Shown here: piece by piece, positions 1-9,394 of the stretch
How the letters are laid out: each line of letters starts with the position of its first letter
How positions within the stretch are numbered: position 1 is the stretch's first letter
Source: Nitrososphaerota archaeon
GTDB lineage: Archaea > Thermoproteota > EX4484-205 > JAAOZP01
DNA: 64,000 nucleotides
Direction of reading: 5' to 3'
NCBI GenBank assembly: GCA_011605725.1
Contig: JAAOZP010000012.1
Coordinates: 216,821 to 280,820 of the forward strand
Position numbers and translations under genes: made by a program
Notes under the pieces: generated by a model
Seen by the model: only the letters and a program-made list of their open reading frames with translations
What the model was told of the DNA's origin: nothing
Database searches by the model: none

Positions 1-524
1 CTCCCATATGGCTCCACCATGTCGACGAACGTTAAGCTACCGGTCTTCTTCGCGGTTTTAAGAACCTCTCCAAGCCTTTCGTCGAATTCACCGCATAATC
101 CGGACGCGGCGTAGAAAATCCGTGGTTTAACCTCAAGCACCTTCTTGGAGACGAAATCCGGGTCGAGATGCAGGCTTGCACCCAGGTCCAGGTGGAACCT
201 CCTGTCCTCACCTTTAACCACAAGCGCAATGTTTTTAGTCGTCCCCGTTTCAGCCAGCTCCATCAAGTGTGTGATAACCCCCTTCTCCTCTAAAACGCTT
301 TTTATGAACCATCCGAAAACATCCCTGCCGATTGCCCCCACTATGCCGACAGAACCCTTTTCAAGGCCCAGCTGGATCAAATCTATGGAAACGTTGCAGG
401 GGTGGCCTCCAACAGTCAGCTTAACGCTTTTCTTAGCAAAAACTATGTGACCAGGATCCGCGATTTTAGGCAGTTCAGCCAGAATCATGTCGGCAACGAT
501 GAACCCTGAGGCGAGGACTTTCAT
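1..524 (-). CDS. PfkB-family carbohydrate kinase (3' end outside window)
   Basis: Manual translation from ATG at 524: MKVLASGFIVADMIL...VGGHPCNVSIDLIQLG...VGAIGRDVFG, matching the PfkB N-terminal motifs (GG..N, G.IG.D.FG). Open to the window edge. Confidence 0.85.
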   Translation of the reverse strand, partial: MKVLASGFIVADMILAELPKIADPGHIVFAKKSVKLTVGGHPCNVSIDLIQLGLEKGSVGIVGAIGRDVFGWFIKSVLEEKGVITHLMELAETGTTKNIALVVKGEDRRFHLDLGASLHLDPDFVSKKVLEVKPRIFYAASGLCGEFDERLGEVLKTAKKTGSLTFVDMVEPYG

Positions 525-568
525 CAAGACAGATCATGGTTAAGAGTTTTTAATCTTTTCTAAACTTC

Positions 569-1597
569 CTAAACCCATTTCCTGAGGGTAGTATCCTCTG
601 CAACAGACCTGTAGAAGCGCCTCATCCTTTCAATCAGCCTAGTAACCCTATCCCTGGAAAAACCTTTCTCAGAGTGAAGGAACTCCATCAACCATGCTTC
701 GTCAAGCCCCGAGTACTTGACGGAATACTCTTTTTTAACATCAGGCTGCATGAATACTTTTCTGACCTCAGCGTAATTCTCCGGAGCCTTTGGAAGAATG
801 CTTCTAGGGATTTCATCTATCCGCCCATACTTCTTAATAAGCTGCAGAGCCTTTTTAGGACCAATCCCCTTAACACCCTCGTTGAAATCAGTACCCACGA
901 GAATAGCCACATCCACCAGCTGCTCCCTAGTGATGCCCAGCCTACCTAAGGCCTCTCCAGCCTCTATAAGCTCAGGCTTCAAGACTTTTAAATAGCCCTT
1001 GCTCGGGTAGAACTCGGTGCTACGTATAGCCAGGTTTCTAACAAGCCTGGGAGAACCGTAGAGCAAGGTATCATAGTCCCTACCTGCCACAGCATACGCC
1101 TCCCCCCTTTGAACGATAAAGGCCGCCTGAGCCTCAGCATCAGAAGGAGCCTCGACAAACGGAAGGCCCATTGCAGAAAGCAGGATCTTAGCGTCCTCGA
1201 CCATCGCCGTCGTCAGCCTAGTGGAAGAAACAGCCTTGGAAAAGGCTTCTGCAAGCCTACCTTCTTTCAACGCTAGCCTCCACTCCGCCAAAGCCTTCTC
1301 CCTCCTGAGCTTCCTCTCCTCCAGCTCCCTCAGCTTAAGCTGAGCAGGCCTTCCGTCGAAGACGAATATGAACCTCATGCTGTAGTCACACAGTAGCCTT
1401 GTAACCCTGAAGGCGAAGCCTATCAGGTGAGAAGTAACGTTGCCCTCAGCATCCGTGAAGAACGTTCCGTCAGGCTTACGTATCAAAGCGAGAAACTGGT
1501 AGAGCATCTGGCTAGCGTCAACAGCGAAGCTTTTCCCTCTAAGGCTTTCAAGACTCGTCGGTTTCCTGCTGATTATGGGTGTTAAATTAACCCCCAT
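569..1597 (-). CDS. fen: Flap endonuclease 1
   Basis: MGVNL start, AVDA..LYQFL, FVFDG, APSDAEAQAA, DYDTLLYG, LVGTDFN and GIGPKKAL motifs; C-terminal PIP-like TTLRKWV. Confidence 0.97.
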   Translation of the reverse strand: MGVNLTPIISRKPTSLESLRGKSFAVDASQMLYQFLALIRKPDGTFFTDAEGNVTSHLIGFAFRVTRLLCDYSMRFIFVFDGRPAQLKLRELEERKLRREKALAEWRLALKEGRLAEAFSKAVSSTRLTTAMVEDAKILLSAMGLPFVEAPSDAEAQAAFIVQRGEAYAVAGRDYDTLLYGSPRLVRNLAIRSTEFYPSKGYLKVLKPELIEAGEALGRLGITREQLVDVAILVGTDFNEGVKGIGPKKALQLIKKYGRIDEIPRSILPKAPENYAEVRKVFMQPDVKKEYSVKYSGLDEAWLMEFLHSEKGFSRDRVTRLIERMRRFYRSVAEDTTLRKWV

Positions 1598-1680
1598 CCG
1601 AACCTACACCAAGTATTGCTAAAGTCCGAGTAACGTTTATGGTTTTCTGAACATATTCCTAATCTGAATAAAGGCTGTTC

Positions 1681-1689
1681 CGCGCGCGC
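1681..1689. repeat. (GC)n palindrome copy, CGCGCGCGC
   Basis: Seen directly; marks the 5' edge of a surface-protein remnant. Confidence 0.9.
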
Positions 1690-1977
1690 TCGGTGAACGT
1701 GTCTGGGTTGCTCAGCTTACTGGATGCGAAGTACGTGTTTAAACAGTGGGTCGGTTTCTTCAATTCTACGGAAAGCTCGGCGCGCGCGAGCCGAGGCTGG
1801 AGACGAGCCATGTACTCTGAGGACTACATGAGCATGATGATCACGGTGGCTGTTATGTCCCTAGTGATAATCGCAGCCATCGTCGTATTCTTATGTAGAA
1901 GAAGGAAAAAGATTCCTTCCCTGCCACCTTCGCCGCCTCCGCCAACTCCTCCGTCGCATTCCACATCTTTTACATAA
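1690..1977 (+). pseudogene. C-terminal remnant of a membrane-anchored surface protein (repeat fragment, TM helix, RRRKK, poly-Pro tail)
   Basis: GLLSLLDAKYVFKQWVG...YSEDY, then a hydrophobic helix, a basic patch and a Pro-rich tail. No N-terminus; begins at a GCGCGC site and contains a second one. Confidence 0.6.
1780..1788. repeat. (GC)n palindrome copy, GCGCGCGCG, within a CTCGG...CCGAG inverted repeat
   Basis: Seen directly. Confidence 0.9.
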
Positions 1978-2062
1978 ATATGTATTCCCCTCTTTTTCCC
2001 ATGTTTTAAGAACATAAGATTTATTAATTCGAAGAATGGTATTTATCCGGTAAATCTGAAAG

Positions 2063-2296
2063 ATGGCAGAAAGTCGAGTAGGTTCGAAAGGAGAGCTATT
2101 TCTACCTAAGAAGATTAGGGAAGAGCTAGGCCTTCACCCTCATACAAAAGTAATCTATAGGGTTGAGGGAAACAGGCTTGTGGTTGAACCAATTCCAAGC
2201 CTTGAGGAAGTGCTGAAGAAACAGCCATCTGTTGAGATCACCCTTGAAGAATTCCATGAATTCAGAAGGGAGCTGTCTAGGAGGGCAGAGTCTTGA
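2063..2296 (+). CDS. AbrB/MazE-family antitoxin (VapB-like)
   Basis: SRVGSKGELFLPKKIREELGL motif; overlaps the downstream PIN gene by 4 nt. Confidence 0.9.
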   Translation: MAESRVGSKGELFLPKKIREELGLHPHTKVIYRVEGNRLVVEPIPSLEEVLKKQPSVEITLEEFHEFRRELSRRAES

Positions 2297-2754
2297 AGAT
2301 ACTGTTAGATACGACGTATCTTCTACCAGCGATAGGCATCTCTCTTAAGGATTTTCCAAGAGACGTTTTAATTATGTTAAGGCGTAAAGGAAATCAGGTC
2401 TTTATAAGTGACATAAGTATCTTTGAGCTTTCAGCCAAAGGTGCTAAATACGTTAGTGCAAAGAAACTCTCTGCTGAAAGGGTGATTGAGGGCATAAGAG
2501 CCATAGTCTTCGATGAAAACATAGTTAAGATACCCATTCATGAAAGCAGGATTCTGCTCACGGCCTTAAGGATTAGGGATTGGCTCAGTGACTTTATAGA
2601 CTGTCTTATAATCTCATCAGCCCTAAATCAATGCGATGCCTTGATAAGTGAGGATACCGATATTCAAAGCCTAGAAGGAAACAGAGCGTTTCACGAATTG
2701 TTAGAAATGATAAATCCTAAATTTGAGATCCGTACACTAGCTGAAATCACTTAA
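2293..2754 (+). CDS. PIN-domain VapC-like toxin
   Basis: ILLDTTYL, SIFE, DFIDCLI and ISED acidic PIN residues; paired with the AbrB gene. Confidence 0.9.
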   Translation: MKILLDTTYLLPAIGISLKDFPRDVLIMLRRKGNQVFISDISIFELSAKGAKYVSAKKLSAERVIEGIRAIVFDENIVKIPIHESRILLTALRIRDWLSDFIDCLIISSALNQCDALISEDTDIQSLEGNRAFHELLEMINPKFEIRTLAEIT

Positions 2755-2979
2755 ATCATGTTGAAGCTCTTTTATTGTTATTGTATTTAGTGCACCGAGC
2801 GATCCTGCAACCTTCGTCTCTCTCCAGCTTCTAAATTCCACCAGCTCTCTCACGAAAAAGCCCTAGTATAAGTCAGCTCGGCCGATATTTGCCGCGCCCC
2901 TGGAAGCTGGACTTCGTTGTGCAGAAGAAGAAAATAACCTAATTTTCCATATTTTTCTCAGCTACCGGTAGGTTTCGCC

Positions 2980-3510
2980 TTATCCAGTGTATAAATCCGG
3001 GTGGAGCTTTCTTGCCATAGCGTATAGAAGAGTGTGTTCCCATGATTCTTGCCTATTTGTAAGCTCATTCGTCAATACTCCTACGGCCCCCATCTTTCTT
3101 TTGGTTCCACTTATGCCAGTAATTTCATCAATCACATCCCCCAGCTCCTTTCCACTCAGAACCTTTTTCACGACGACGTCTGGCAGCTCAATACCACCGC
3201 CACACCCAAGTGCCACTTCGCCTTCCACACCGGCAACAGCACACCAGCCGGTTAGAAAATATCTGCCAGCCCTTCTGGCAACTCCGCCCTCGAGACCAAC
3301 GCCAAGATCGGCTTCAGCTTTTACGATGGCCTCCTTGGCTCGGTATATCGCTCCCTCGGCACACTCCTCGTCCGTTAAAGGCGTGTGCGAAACCTTTGAC
3401 GCGACATCCACTGGAATGATCTCGACGTCGCCGTATATTCTTCTCATAATGTTTTCTGTTGCTTTTATTTTAACAGGATTTGTTGAGCCTACTGCAACTT
3501 TTATTACCAT
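2980..3510 (-). CDS. yjjX: Inosine/xanthosine triphosphatase (non-canonical purine NTPase)
   Basis: VAVGSTNPVKI, GA..RA, GVGLEGG, ELGDVID, GAVGVLT...R motifs. Confidence 0.92.
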   Translation of the reverse strand: MVIKVAVGSTNPVKIKATENIMRRIYGDVEIIPVDVASKVSHTPLTDEECAEGAIYRAKEAIVKAEADLGVGLEGGVARRAGRYFLTGWCAVAGVEGEVALGCGGGIELPDVVVKKVLSGKELGDVIDEITGISGTKRKMGAVGVLTNELTNRQESWEHTLLYAMARKLHPDLYTG

Positions 3511-3572
3511 CGGGCATGATTCCTGAAACAGTTTTAAAAGGCTTACGATTTAAGGAAAACTACATCGCATCA

Positions 3573-3653
3573 TTAGTTATTTCTAAGTTTCTCCGCCATC
3601 TCTTTCTCTTTTGACTTGAAAACTGCCTTGGCTCTGGAAGGCTTTACGGAAGC
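3573..3653 (-). pseudogene. Orphan C-terminal tail of an unknown gene
   Basis: Open frame ASVKPSRAKAVFKSKEKEMAEKLRNN* starting inside the AGCGCGCT site at 3651-3658. Short, so it could be chance. Confidence 0.35.
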
Positions 3654-3658
3654 GCGCT
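3651..3658. repeat. Palindrome copy AGCGCGCT
   Basis: Seen directly; junction between two gene remnants. Confidence 0.9.
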
Positions 3659-3690
3659 ATGGATGGAACCAGATAGGTTAATGTATCACG

Positions 3691-3850
3691 CTAGCCTTCA
3701 GGAAAAACATCCTTTGGAGGATTTACAACCGGTTGTATGACCATCTTCTTACCTTTTAACATCTCAATCTTTATCACCCGGCTTAAGACCATTCTTCTAT
3801 ATGCCTTTAGGGAAAACCATCTGTCCTTTCGTAGATACTTTTACTTCAGC
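3691..3850 (-). pseudogene. Degraded AbrB/MazE-family antitoxin
   Basis: AEVKVSTKGQMVFPKGI*KNGLKPGDK, then a frameshift to IEMLKGKKMVIQPV. Contains an internal stop. Confidence 0.75.
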
Positions 3851-3893
3851 AGTGCACTAAAGGTTAAATTTTAGGGTAGTTTACATACTACCG

Positions 3894-4490
3894 TTGGCTA
3901 GAGGACAAAGGCTCAGGACTCCTCTCGAAAAAGAGGAGGTTGCTCGGCTTAAGGCTGGGGACATCATATACGTAAGCGGAGAAGTGTTTACTAGCAGGGA
4001 TAGGACTCAGAAGTTGATACTGGAGAACCGGGATAAGTTGCCTTTTTCCCCTAAAGGCCTGTTAGAGTTCCACGCTGGCCCGATAGTTAGGAGAGAAGGT
4101 TCAGAATGGAAGGTTGTTTCAATCGGTCCCACTACAAGCTTCAGGATGGAGAACAGTGAATATGGTTTCATTAAAGAGACGGGGATTGCAGGCGTCATTG
4201 GAAAAGGCGGCATGGGAAGTAAAACCAGAGAAGCATGCAGGGAGTTTAAAGCCTTTTACGGAGTTCTTCCAGGTGGAGCTGCAGCTCTGATAGCCAAAAG
4301 CGTTAAACGCATAATTGGAGTTTACTGGCTTGAAGAGCTTAGTGTTCCCGAGGCCATGTGGCATCTCGAAGTCGAGAACCTTGGGCCGATAACAGTTGTT
4401 ATTGATTCTTTCGGAAATGACTTATACGAAGACCTAAGAAAAAGGATTGACGAAAACCTTTCAAGAACTTTGAAAAGCTTGGGGGAATAG
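3894..4490 (+). CDS. Fe-S fumarate hydratase/tartrate dehydratase, beta subunit
   Basis: LKAGDIIYVSG...RD, HAGP, GPTTSFRM, IGKGGM, PEAMW and IDSFGN motifs. Confidence 0.93.
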   Translation: MARGQRLRTPLEKEEVARLKAGDIIYVSGEVFTSRDRTQKLILENRDKLPFSPKGLLEFHAGPIVRREGSEWKVVSIGPTTSFRMENSEYGFIKETGIAGVIGKGGMGSKTREACREFKAFYGVLPGGAAALIAKSVKRIIGVYWLEELSVPEAMWHLEVENLGPITVVIDSFGNDLYEDLRKRIDENLSRTLKSLGE

Positions 4491-4494
4491 AGCT

Positions 4495-5367
4495 ATGGAA
4501 GGCGGAGACCTTAAAGACCATATTGTTGAAGCAATAAGACTCTGCGAAACATCTCTTCCAATCGACGTGAAGAACCGTTTGAAAAAAACATACGAGAATG
4601 AGGATAGAGAGGTTCCGAAGAAAATACTGGGTGCTCTGTTGAAAAATGTTGAAATTGCTGAAAAGGAGGGTAGACCGATATGTCAAGATACGGGCATATT
4701 AACCTTCTACGTTAAGAGAGGCGAATGGAAGGAGAATGAGCTACATAGAATCATCGTTGAAGCAGTTAAAGAAGCCAGTAGTAAAATACCGTTAAGGCCG
4801 AACGCCATAGACTTCCCGTCTAAGAAGAACTCTGGAAACAATACCGGAAGATTCATTCCATGGATTGTCTGGGAGCCAGGTGGAGAACATTTGGAAATAA
4901 CCATAATAGCTAAGGGCGGTGGCTCTGAGGCTGTTTCAAGCCTAAGAGTTTTACCGGCTACTGTTGAGGAAAAAGAGATTTTCCGAGCGGTGCTTGAAAG
5001 CGTTGCTCAAGCCGGGGCAAGACCATGTCCTCCGATTATTCTCGGAGTCGGAATCGGGCCTTCTTCGGAAATAGCTCTTGAACTGGCTAAGAAAGCTGTT
5101 TATCTGCGGCCTCTGGGAGAAAGGCATGAGGACAGTGTTATCGCAAGAATAGAGGAAGAACTCTTAAGAATGGTTAACCGTCTTGATATAGGTGTCCACG
5201 GCTTCGGAGGCTTAACGGCGATGGATGTTCATTTGGAGTATGCGTCCATTCATCCTTCATCCATGGTTGTTGGAGTCGTTGCAAGCTGCTGGGCATTGAG
5301 GAAAGCCACGCTGAAGGAATGCGGCGGTATTGTGAAGATTACAAGCCACAAGATGTATCTAACATGA
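4495..5367 (+). CDS. Fe-S fumarate hydratase/tartrate dehydratase, alpha subunit
   Basis: PICQDTG, PLRPN, KGGGSE, PCPP..GVGIG and SCWA motifs, with three Cys ligands. Confidence 0.93.
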   Translation: MEGGDLKDHIVEAIRLCETSLPIDVKNRLKKTYENEDREVPKKILGALLKNVEIAEKEGRPICQDTGILTFYVKRGEWKENELHRIIVEAVKEASSKIPLRPNAIDFPSKKNSGNNTGRFIPWIVWEPGGEHLEITIIAKGGGSEAVSSLRVLPATVEEKEIFRAVLESVAQAGARPCPPIILGVGIGPSSEIALELAKKAVYLRPLGERHEDSVIARIEEELLRMVNRLDIGVHGFGGLTAMDVHLEYASIHPSSMVVGVVASCWALRKATLKECGGIVKITSHKMYLT

Positions 5368-5433
5368 TTATTATCTGAAGCGAACATTACTAGCGAAACG
5401 CTTTTATGCAAGATGTGGAAATCAGTTTGGAAT

Positions 5434-6336
5434 TCAGGTTTCAGATATTATCTTCCTGACGAATTCCACGTCTTTTTTCAAAACCGCTTTTCTTTCTTCC
5501 CCAACATATTTCCCCAGAGACTCGTCTTCAATCGTTAAATCACCAGCATACCCTGCTTTTCTTAAAACCTGAACTACTCTTTTCAAGTCGACATCTCCCT
5601 CGTAAAGAGGTACTCCGACCTGAGGATAATCTTCCCCGGGACGCCTCTGCTTCTCCCTTTTAGCTTCAGGATACTTCAGATTTTTAAGGTGAGTATGTTT
5701 AACTAGCTTCGCATATTTTTCTATGAGCTCATGAACCTTGCTCAACGGATAACCATACCAATAGAAGTTTCCAGTATCCAGCGTTATGCCTACTCTTTCA
5801 TCATCTATCTCTTTAAACGCGTAGTCTAAAAACCGCTCATCGTTGCTAACATAGCCATGGTTTTCAACAGCATAAGCTACCCTACTACCCTCTGTTTCCT
5901 TTAAGAGGCGTTTCATTATTTCAACAAAATGCTTAGCATACTCTTCAACAGGTTTCTCTTCTCTTATTTGCATATGCGAGTTTATTCTTATGATTTCAAC
6001 CCCGATTTCATCCGCAAGCTGCGTCGCCTTTCTAATGTAATCCAACTCCTCTTCAAGATTTTCGTTTGAAAAATCGTTCTCCAGCAATATTGTGCATGGT
6101 TTTAAACCTGTTTTTTTAGAAAAATCTAGAAATTGTCTTCTCTCATCAGCGTCTCTCAGGTTAAAACCTAGCTTAATTACATGATCCATATCTTCATACG
6201 TATTTTGAGTCAATGTTTTGTTGACATACATTTCATATCTGTCTAAACCTAAATCCTTCAGACCCTTAACCAGATCCTCATAACCGACCCATATTACCGT
6301 GAAATCCCTAACCGCGACGTACATTTTTGGCTTCAC
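5434..6336 (-). CDS. Sugar phosphate isomerase/epimerase (AP endonuclease family 2 TIM barrel)
   Basis: AVENHG, LDTGNFYW, HTHLK and LTIEDE metal-binding motifs. Confidence 0.88.
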   Translation of the reverse strand: MKPKMYVAVRDFTVIWVGYEDLVKGLKDLGLDRYEMYVNKTLTQNTYEDMDHVIKLGFNLRDADERRQFLDFSKKTGLKPCTILLENDFSNENLEEELDYIRKATQLADEIGVEIIRINSHMQIREEKPVEEYAKHFVEIMKRLLKETEGSRVAYAVENHGYVSNDERFLDYAFKEIDDERVGITLDTGNFYWYGYPLSKVHELIEKYAKLVKHTHLKNLKYPEAKREKQRRPGEDYPQVGVPLYEGDVDLKRVVQVLRKAGYAGDLTIEDESLGKYVGEERKAVLKKDVEFVRKIISET

Positions 6337-6361
6337 TGGTAGAAAGCATTTTACAAGGATT

Positions 6362-6371
6362 ATCGCGCACT
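6362..6371. repeat. Degenerate palindrome copy ATCGCGCACT at the nitroreductase TAG stop
   Basis: Exact reverse complement of the variant at 62033 (AGTGCGCGAT). Confidence 0.65.
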
Positions 6372-6888
6372 AGTTTTTTGATTTAAACCCATATTTTTCC
6401 CAATGCGTCACTTCTTCAAGCGGTCTTCTGTTTCTACTGGGCTTCTCATCAGGATAGCCGACTGAAACAGTGCATAGGACTCTAAGCCCCTCAGGTATTC
6501 CAAGTAGCTTCTTTATAGGTTCTTCAAAGGGAGTATTCAGCACACCCATCCAGCATGTCCCAAGCCCCATAGAATGGGCTGCAAGAAGGAAGTTTTGCAC
6601 GGAAACCGCAACATCCCCATGGTACCAGTTGCTGCTCCTCCCGGGGTCAGCTATGAAAACCACTACGACAGGACTGTCAGCCATGAATCTCCCGTACCTA
6701 TGTATTTCTGCAAGCTTCCTCCTGGTTTCTGGATTCTTCACCACTAGGAACTCCCATGGCTGGGAGTTGTTAGCCGATGGAGCCCATCTGGCTGCTTCAA
6801 GACACTCGATTATCTTCTCATCCTCCACCGGCGTCGACTTATACTTTCTAATGCTCCGCCTTGTTTTAATCGCTTCCATCACGTCCAT
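6370..6888 (-). CDS. Nitroreductase family protein
   Basis: RRSIRKY, APSANNSQPW, GLGTCW and GYP motifs. Confidence 0.95.
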   Translation of the reverse strand: MDVMEAIKTRRSIRKYKSTPVEDEKIIECLEAARWAPSANNSQPWEFLVVKNPETRRKLAEIHRYGRFMADSPVVVVFIADPGRSSNWYHGDVAVSVQNFLLAAHSMGLGTCWMGVLNTPFEEPIKKLLGIPEGLRVLCTVSVGYPDEKPSRNRRPLEEVTHWEKYGFKSKN

Positions 6889-7018
6889 CTTTAAACACCT
6901 AGGAAGATTTCACGAAACATCTTAATATGTTTTACTGTAATCGATAGGAATCATTATAACGTCAGAATCACAGTAATGAGGGGAAAACAGTAAACTAGAT
7001 TTGTAAACCAGAAAGTTT

Positions 7019-8236
7019 TTAAGACCCACCCGCTTCGGCCTCGAAGACCCAGCCATCAAGGTTTCTACAAATCAGCGTAAGTATTCGCATAGACTCCTCC
7101 GGTTTCATGGCGAGAAAAAGCGCGGCAACGTGCTTGCAAAACTGTTTTTGACCAATTCTTTTAACCCAGTCCTCACAGTAATGCTTCAGCCTCCTTTCAG
7201 AAAGACTTATCGCAACAGTATACTCCTTGATCCTGGCTTTAACATTCTCTTCTCCAGCCTCCTCGATAATCACTCTCCCAATCAGTTCCCTAGCCCTCTC
7301 CAGCCTACCGCCCTCCAAGAAGGCCGAGACCAGTTTCTCAACATCCTTCCCACCGGAAGAAAGAGCTGCTTCAACCCTGCTAACCGTCCTCCTTAAGCCC
7401 TCTTCTCTGAAGTAGCTGAGAATCTTGTTCAAAGCCTCTTCCTGAGGCTTCTCAGCAACCCCAATGATCTTCATCATTTGAAGCGCGTTCTTTACCGCAT
7501 AGCCTCTGAAATGGTTGTTAAAGTACACGTAAACCTTCTTAGCCCTGGAGGAAAGCTCCGTCAGCCTCCCCTTCCACTCCTCAAGCTCCTCAACCCTGTA
7601 ATCGTAATAGTACCATGGTTCTTTCCCCCTACCGTGAAACCTTACGTAGGAGAATTCGCTGGTAACTTTCAATAATGCAGGTAGAAGAGGCTCGTCGACA
7701 ACACAGTACCCCACGTTATTCTCAGCAAGGGTTTTGAAAGCCTCGTCATTCATCCAAGTCGGATGCCTGAATTCAACAGCAAAATCATAATCTTCAGGAA
7801 GACTTCTTAAGAATTCGTTGAAGCCTTTGAATGCTTGGGCAGGCTTTGGTGGAAGCTGGAGAAGCAGAGGTCCAAGCTTCCCACTTTCCTTGAGAGGAGT
7901 AAGTAAGCTTAAGAAGAGTTTTAAATCTCTCACAGCACCTTTTTCCAGATCCATTAGTTTCACATGGGTTACTGTTTTAGGAACTTTAAGGGAGAACGTG
8001 AAGCCTTTAGGCGAGGATCTTGCGAGAGCACGTATCAAGCCCGGATTAGGCTGTTTATAGAAGGAGGAATCTACTTCAACCGTTTTAAAAACACTCGCAT
8101 ACTGCTGAAACATCTTCTCACTACTCGTGTAGAACACGTTAAGCCAATCCTTATAGCTCCAGCCTGAAGTCCCTATAACGACGTTGTTCAAACCCCTTAA
8201 ACAACTTATCCACAAGTGATAAACTTTTAGTAGCAC
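7019..8236 (-). CDS. DUF72-domain protein with C-terminal SWIM-type Zn finger (true start probably about 15 codons downstream)
   Basis: IGTSGWSY, VEVDSSFY, AVEFRH, YVRFHGR and YFNNH (DUF72); C-terminal HYCEDW...FCKHVAA. Confidence 0.9.
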   Translation of the reverse strand: MLLKVYHLWISCLRGLNNVVIGTSGWSYKDWLNVFYTSSEKMFQQYASVFKTVEVDSSFYKQPNPGLIRALARSSPKGFTFSLKVPKTVTHVKLMDLEKGAVRDLKLFLSLLTPLKESGKLGPLLLQLPPKPAQAFKGFNEFLRSLPEDYDFAVEFRHPTWMNDEAFKTLAENNVGYCVVDEPLLPALLKVTSEFSYVRFHGRGKEPWYYYDYRVEELEEWKGRLTELSSRAKKVYVYFNNHFRGYAVKNALQMMKIIGVAEKPQEEALNKILSYFREEGLRRTVSRVEAALSSGGKDVEKLVSAFLEGGRLERARELIGRVIIEEAGEENVKARIKEYTVAISLSERRLKHYCEDWVKRIGQKQFCKHVAALFLAMKPEESMRILTLICRNLDGWVFEAEAGGS

Positions 8237-8375
8237 GAGTTATAATGCTTATAAGCAAGACGGGAGAATCAGGGAAAATGTCCGGGTTTACTCTAGAGCT
8301 ACAGGATTCCCTAATTCTTTTCTTCACACTTATAGGGTTCCTGCAACTATACTATCTCTCCTGCTACCTTTAAGC

Positions 8376-8385
8376 AGCGCGTGCT
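8376..8385. repeat. Palindrome copy with one mismatch, AGCGCGTGCT
   Basis: One C>T change from AGCGCGCGCT; intergenic. Confidence 0.75.
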
Positions 8386-8592
8386 TTTACCATCTATTAT
8401 CCTTTCGGCTTTATTGTCCACACGTCCTACTACGTAGCTGAGCTCCTTACACTTTGTCTTTACGTAGTACGAAACTAATAATCATAAATGCTATATTTAA
8501 TCAGTTGTACGCTTCTAGAAGAGGAAGAAGCATTTAACAGCTCTTAGAGAAAAAGTTATAAGCGTACAACTGATTAAAGAAACGGGTTAGGA

Positions 8593-9369
8593 TTGCTTTG
8601 GGAGTGTTTAACAAGCCCCGATATAAAGGAAGCAGCTGAGAAAAAACTTGTTGCAATTCTTCCAGTAGGCTCGATTGAAATACATGGGCCTCACATGCCG
8701 ACAGGAACAGACTCCATAACTATCCGCGAGATAACTAGGATGGCTGCTGAAAAAGAGCCGGCAGTAGTGCTGCCAACACTCTACTATGCTTATGTTCCTG
8801 AAAACCGACATTTCCCTGGAACAATATCGCTAAGCGCGAGGACAATACTCACTATTCTCGAGGAAATATGCGACGAGGTTGCGAGAAACGGTTTTAAAAA
8901 AATACTTATCGTAAACGGTCATGGGGGAAACAATAATCTTCTAAGGGTTTTCCTGAGGGAAAGCCTGCATAGGAAGAAGGACTATGTTATTTACGCGTTG
9001 ATCGAGCCATGGTCTTCGATAGAGGAGATTGCTGAGAAAATATGTGAAAGCAAGGTAACTGGTCATGCTTGCGAGCGTGAGACCAGCATGGGGTTATACT
9101 TGTTTGAAAACCTGATTAAGATGGAGAATGTTAAGCAGGAGGCGAAGACAGGGGGGACGAACCTCCCCGGCGTCGAAACACCTGTCGACTGGCAGGCTTA
9201 CGCGGTCCAGCTCTATCTCGGCGACCCAAGGCTGGCGACGAGGGAGAAGGGTAAAACATTGGTTGAGGGGATTGTTGATTTCGTAGCGGAAGCGATAAGA
9301 AGAATTAAACAGGATGAGAAGGTTCCGTTAATACTTGACGATTTCTACCGGAAGGCTTACGGACAGTAG
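8593..9369 (+). CDS. Creatininase/creatinine amidohydrolase family protein
   Basis: PVGSIEIHGPHMPTGTD, NGHGGN and HACERETS motifs. Confidence 0.93.
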   Translation: MLWECLTSPDIKEAAEKKLVAILPVGSIEIHGPHMPTGTDSITIREITRMAAEKEPAVVLPTLYYAYVPENRHFPGTISLSARTILTILEEICDEVARNGFKKILIVNGHGGNNNLLRVFLRESLHRKKDYVIYALIEPWSSIEEIAEKICESKVTGHACERETSMGLYLFENLIKMENVKQEAKTGGTNLPGVETPVDWQAYAVQLYLGDPRLATREKGKTLVEGIVDFVAEAIRRIKQDEKVPLILDDFYRKAYGQ

Positions 9370-9394
9370 GGAATACCGATTTAAAACTGGCTTG

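Noticed and set aside
2987-3526. 179-aa plus-strand ORF, and the many similar antisense ORFs in the track
   Set aside because: They are shadows of well-supported genes on the opposite strand and lack recognisable motifs.
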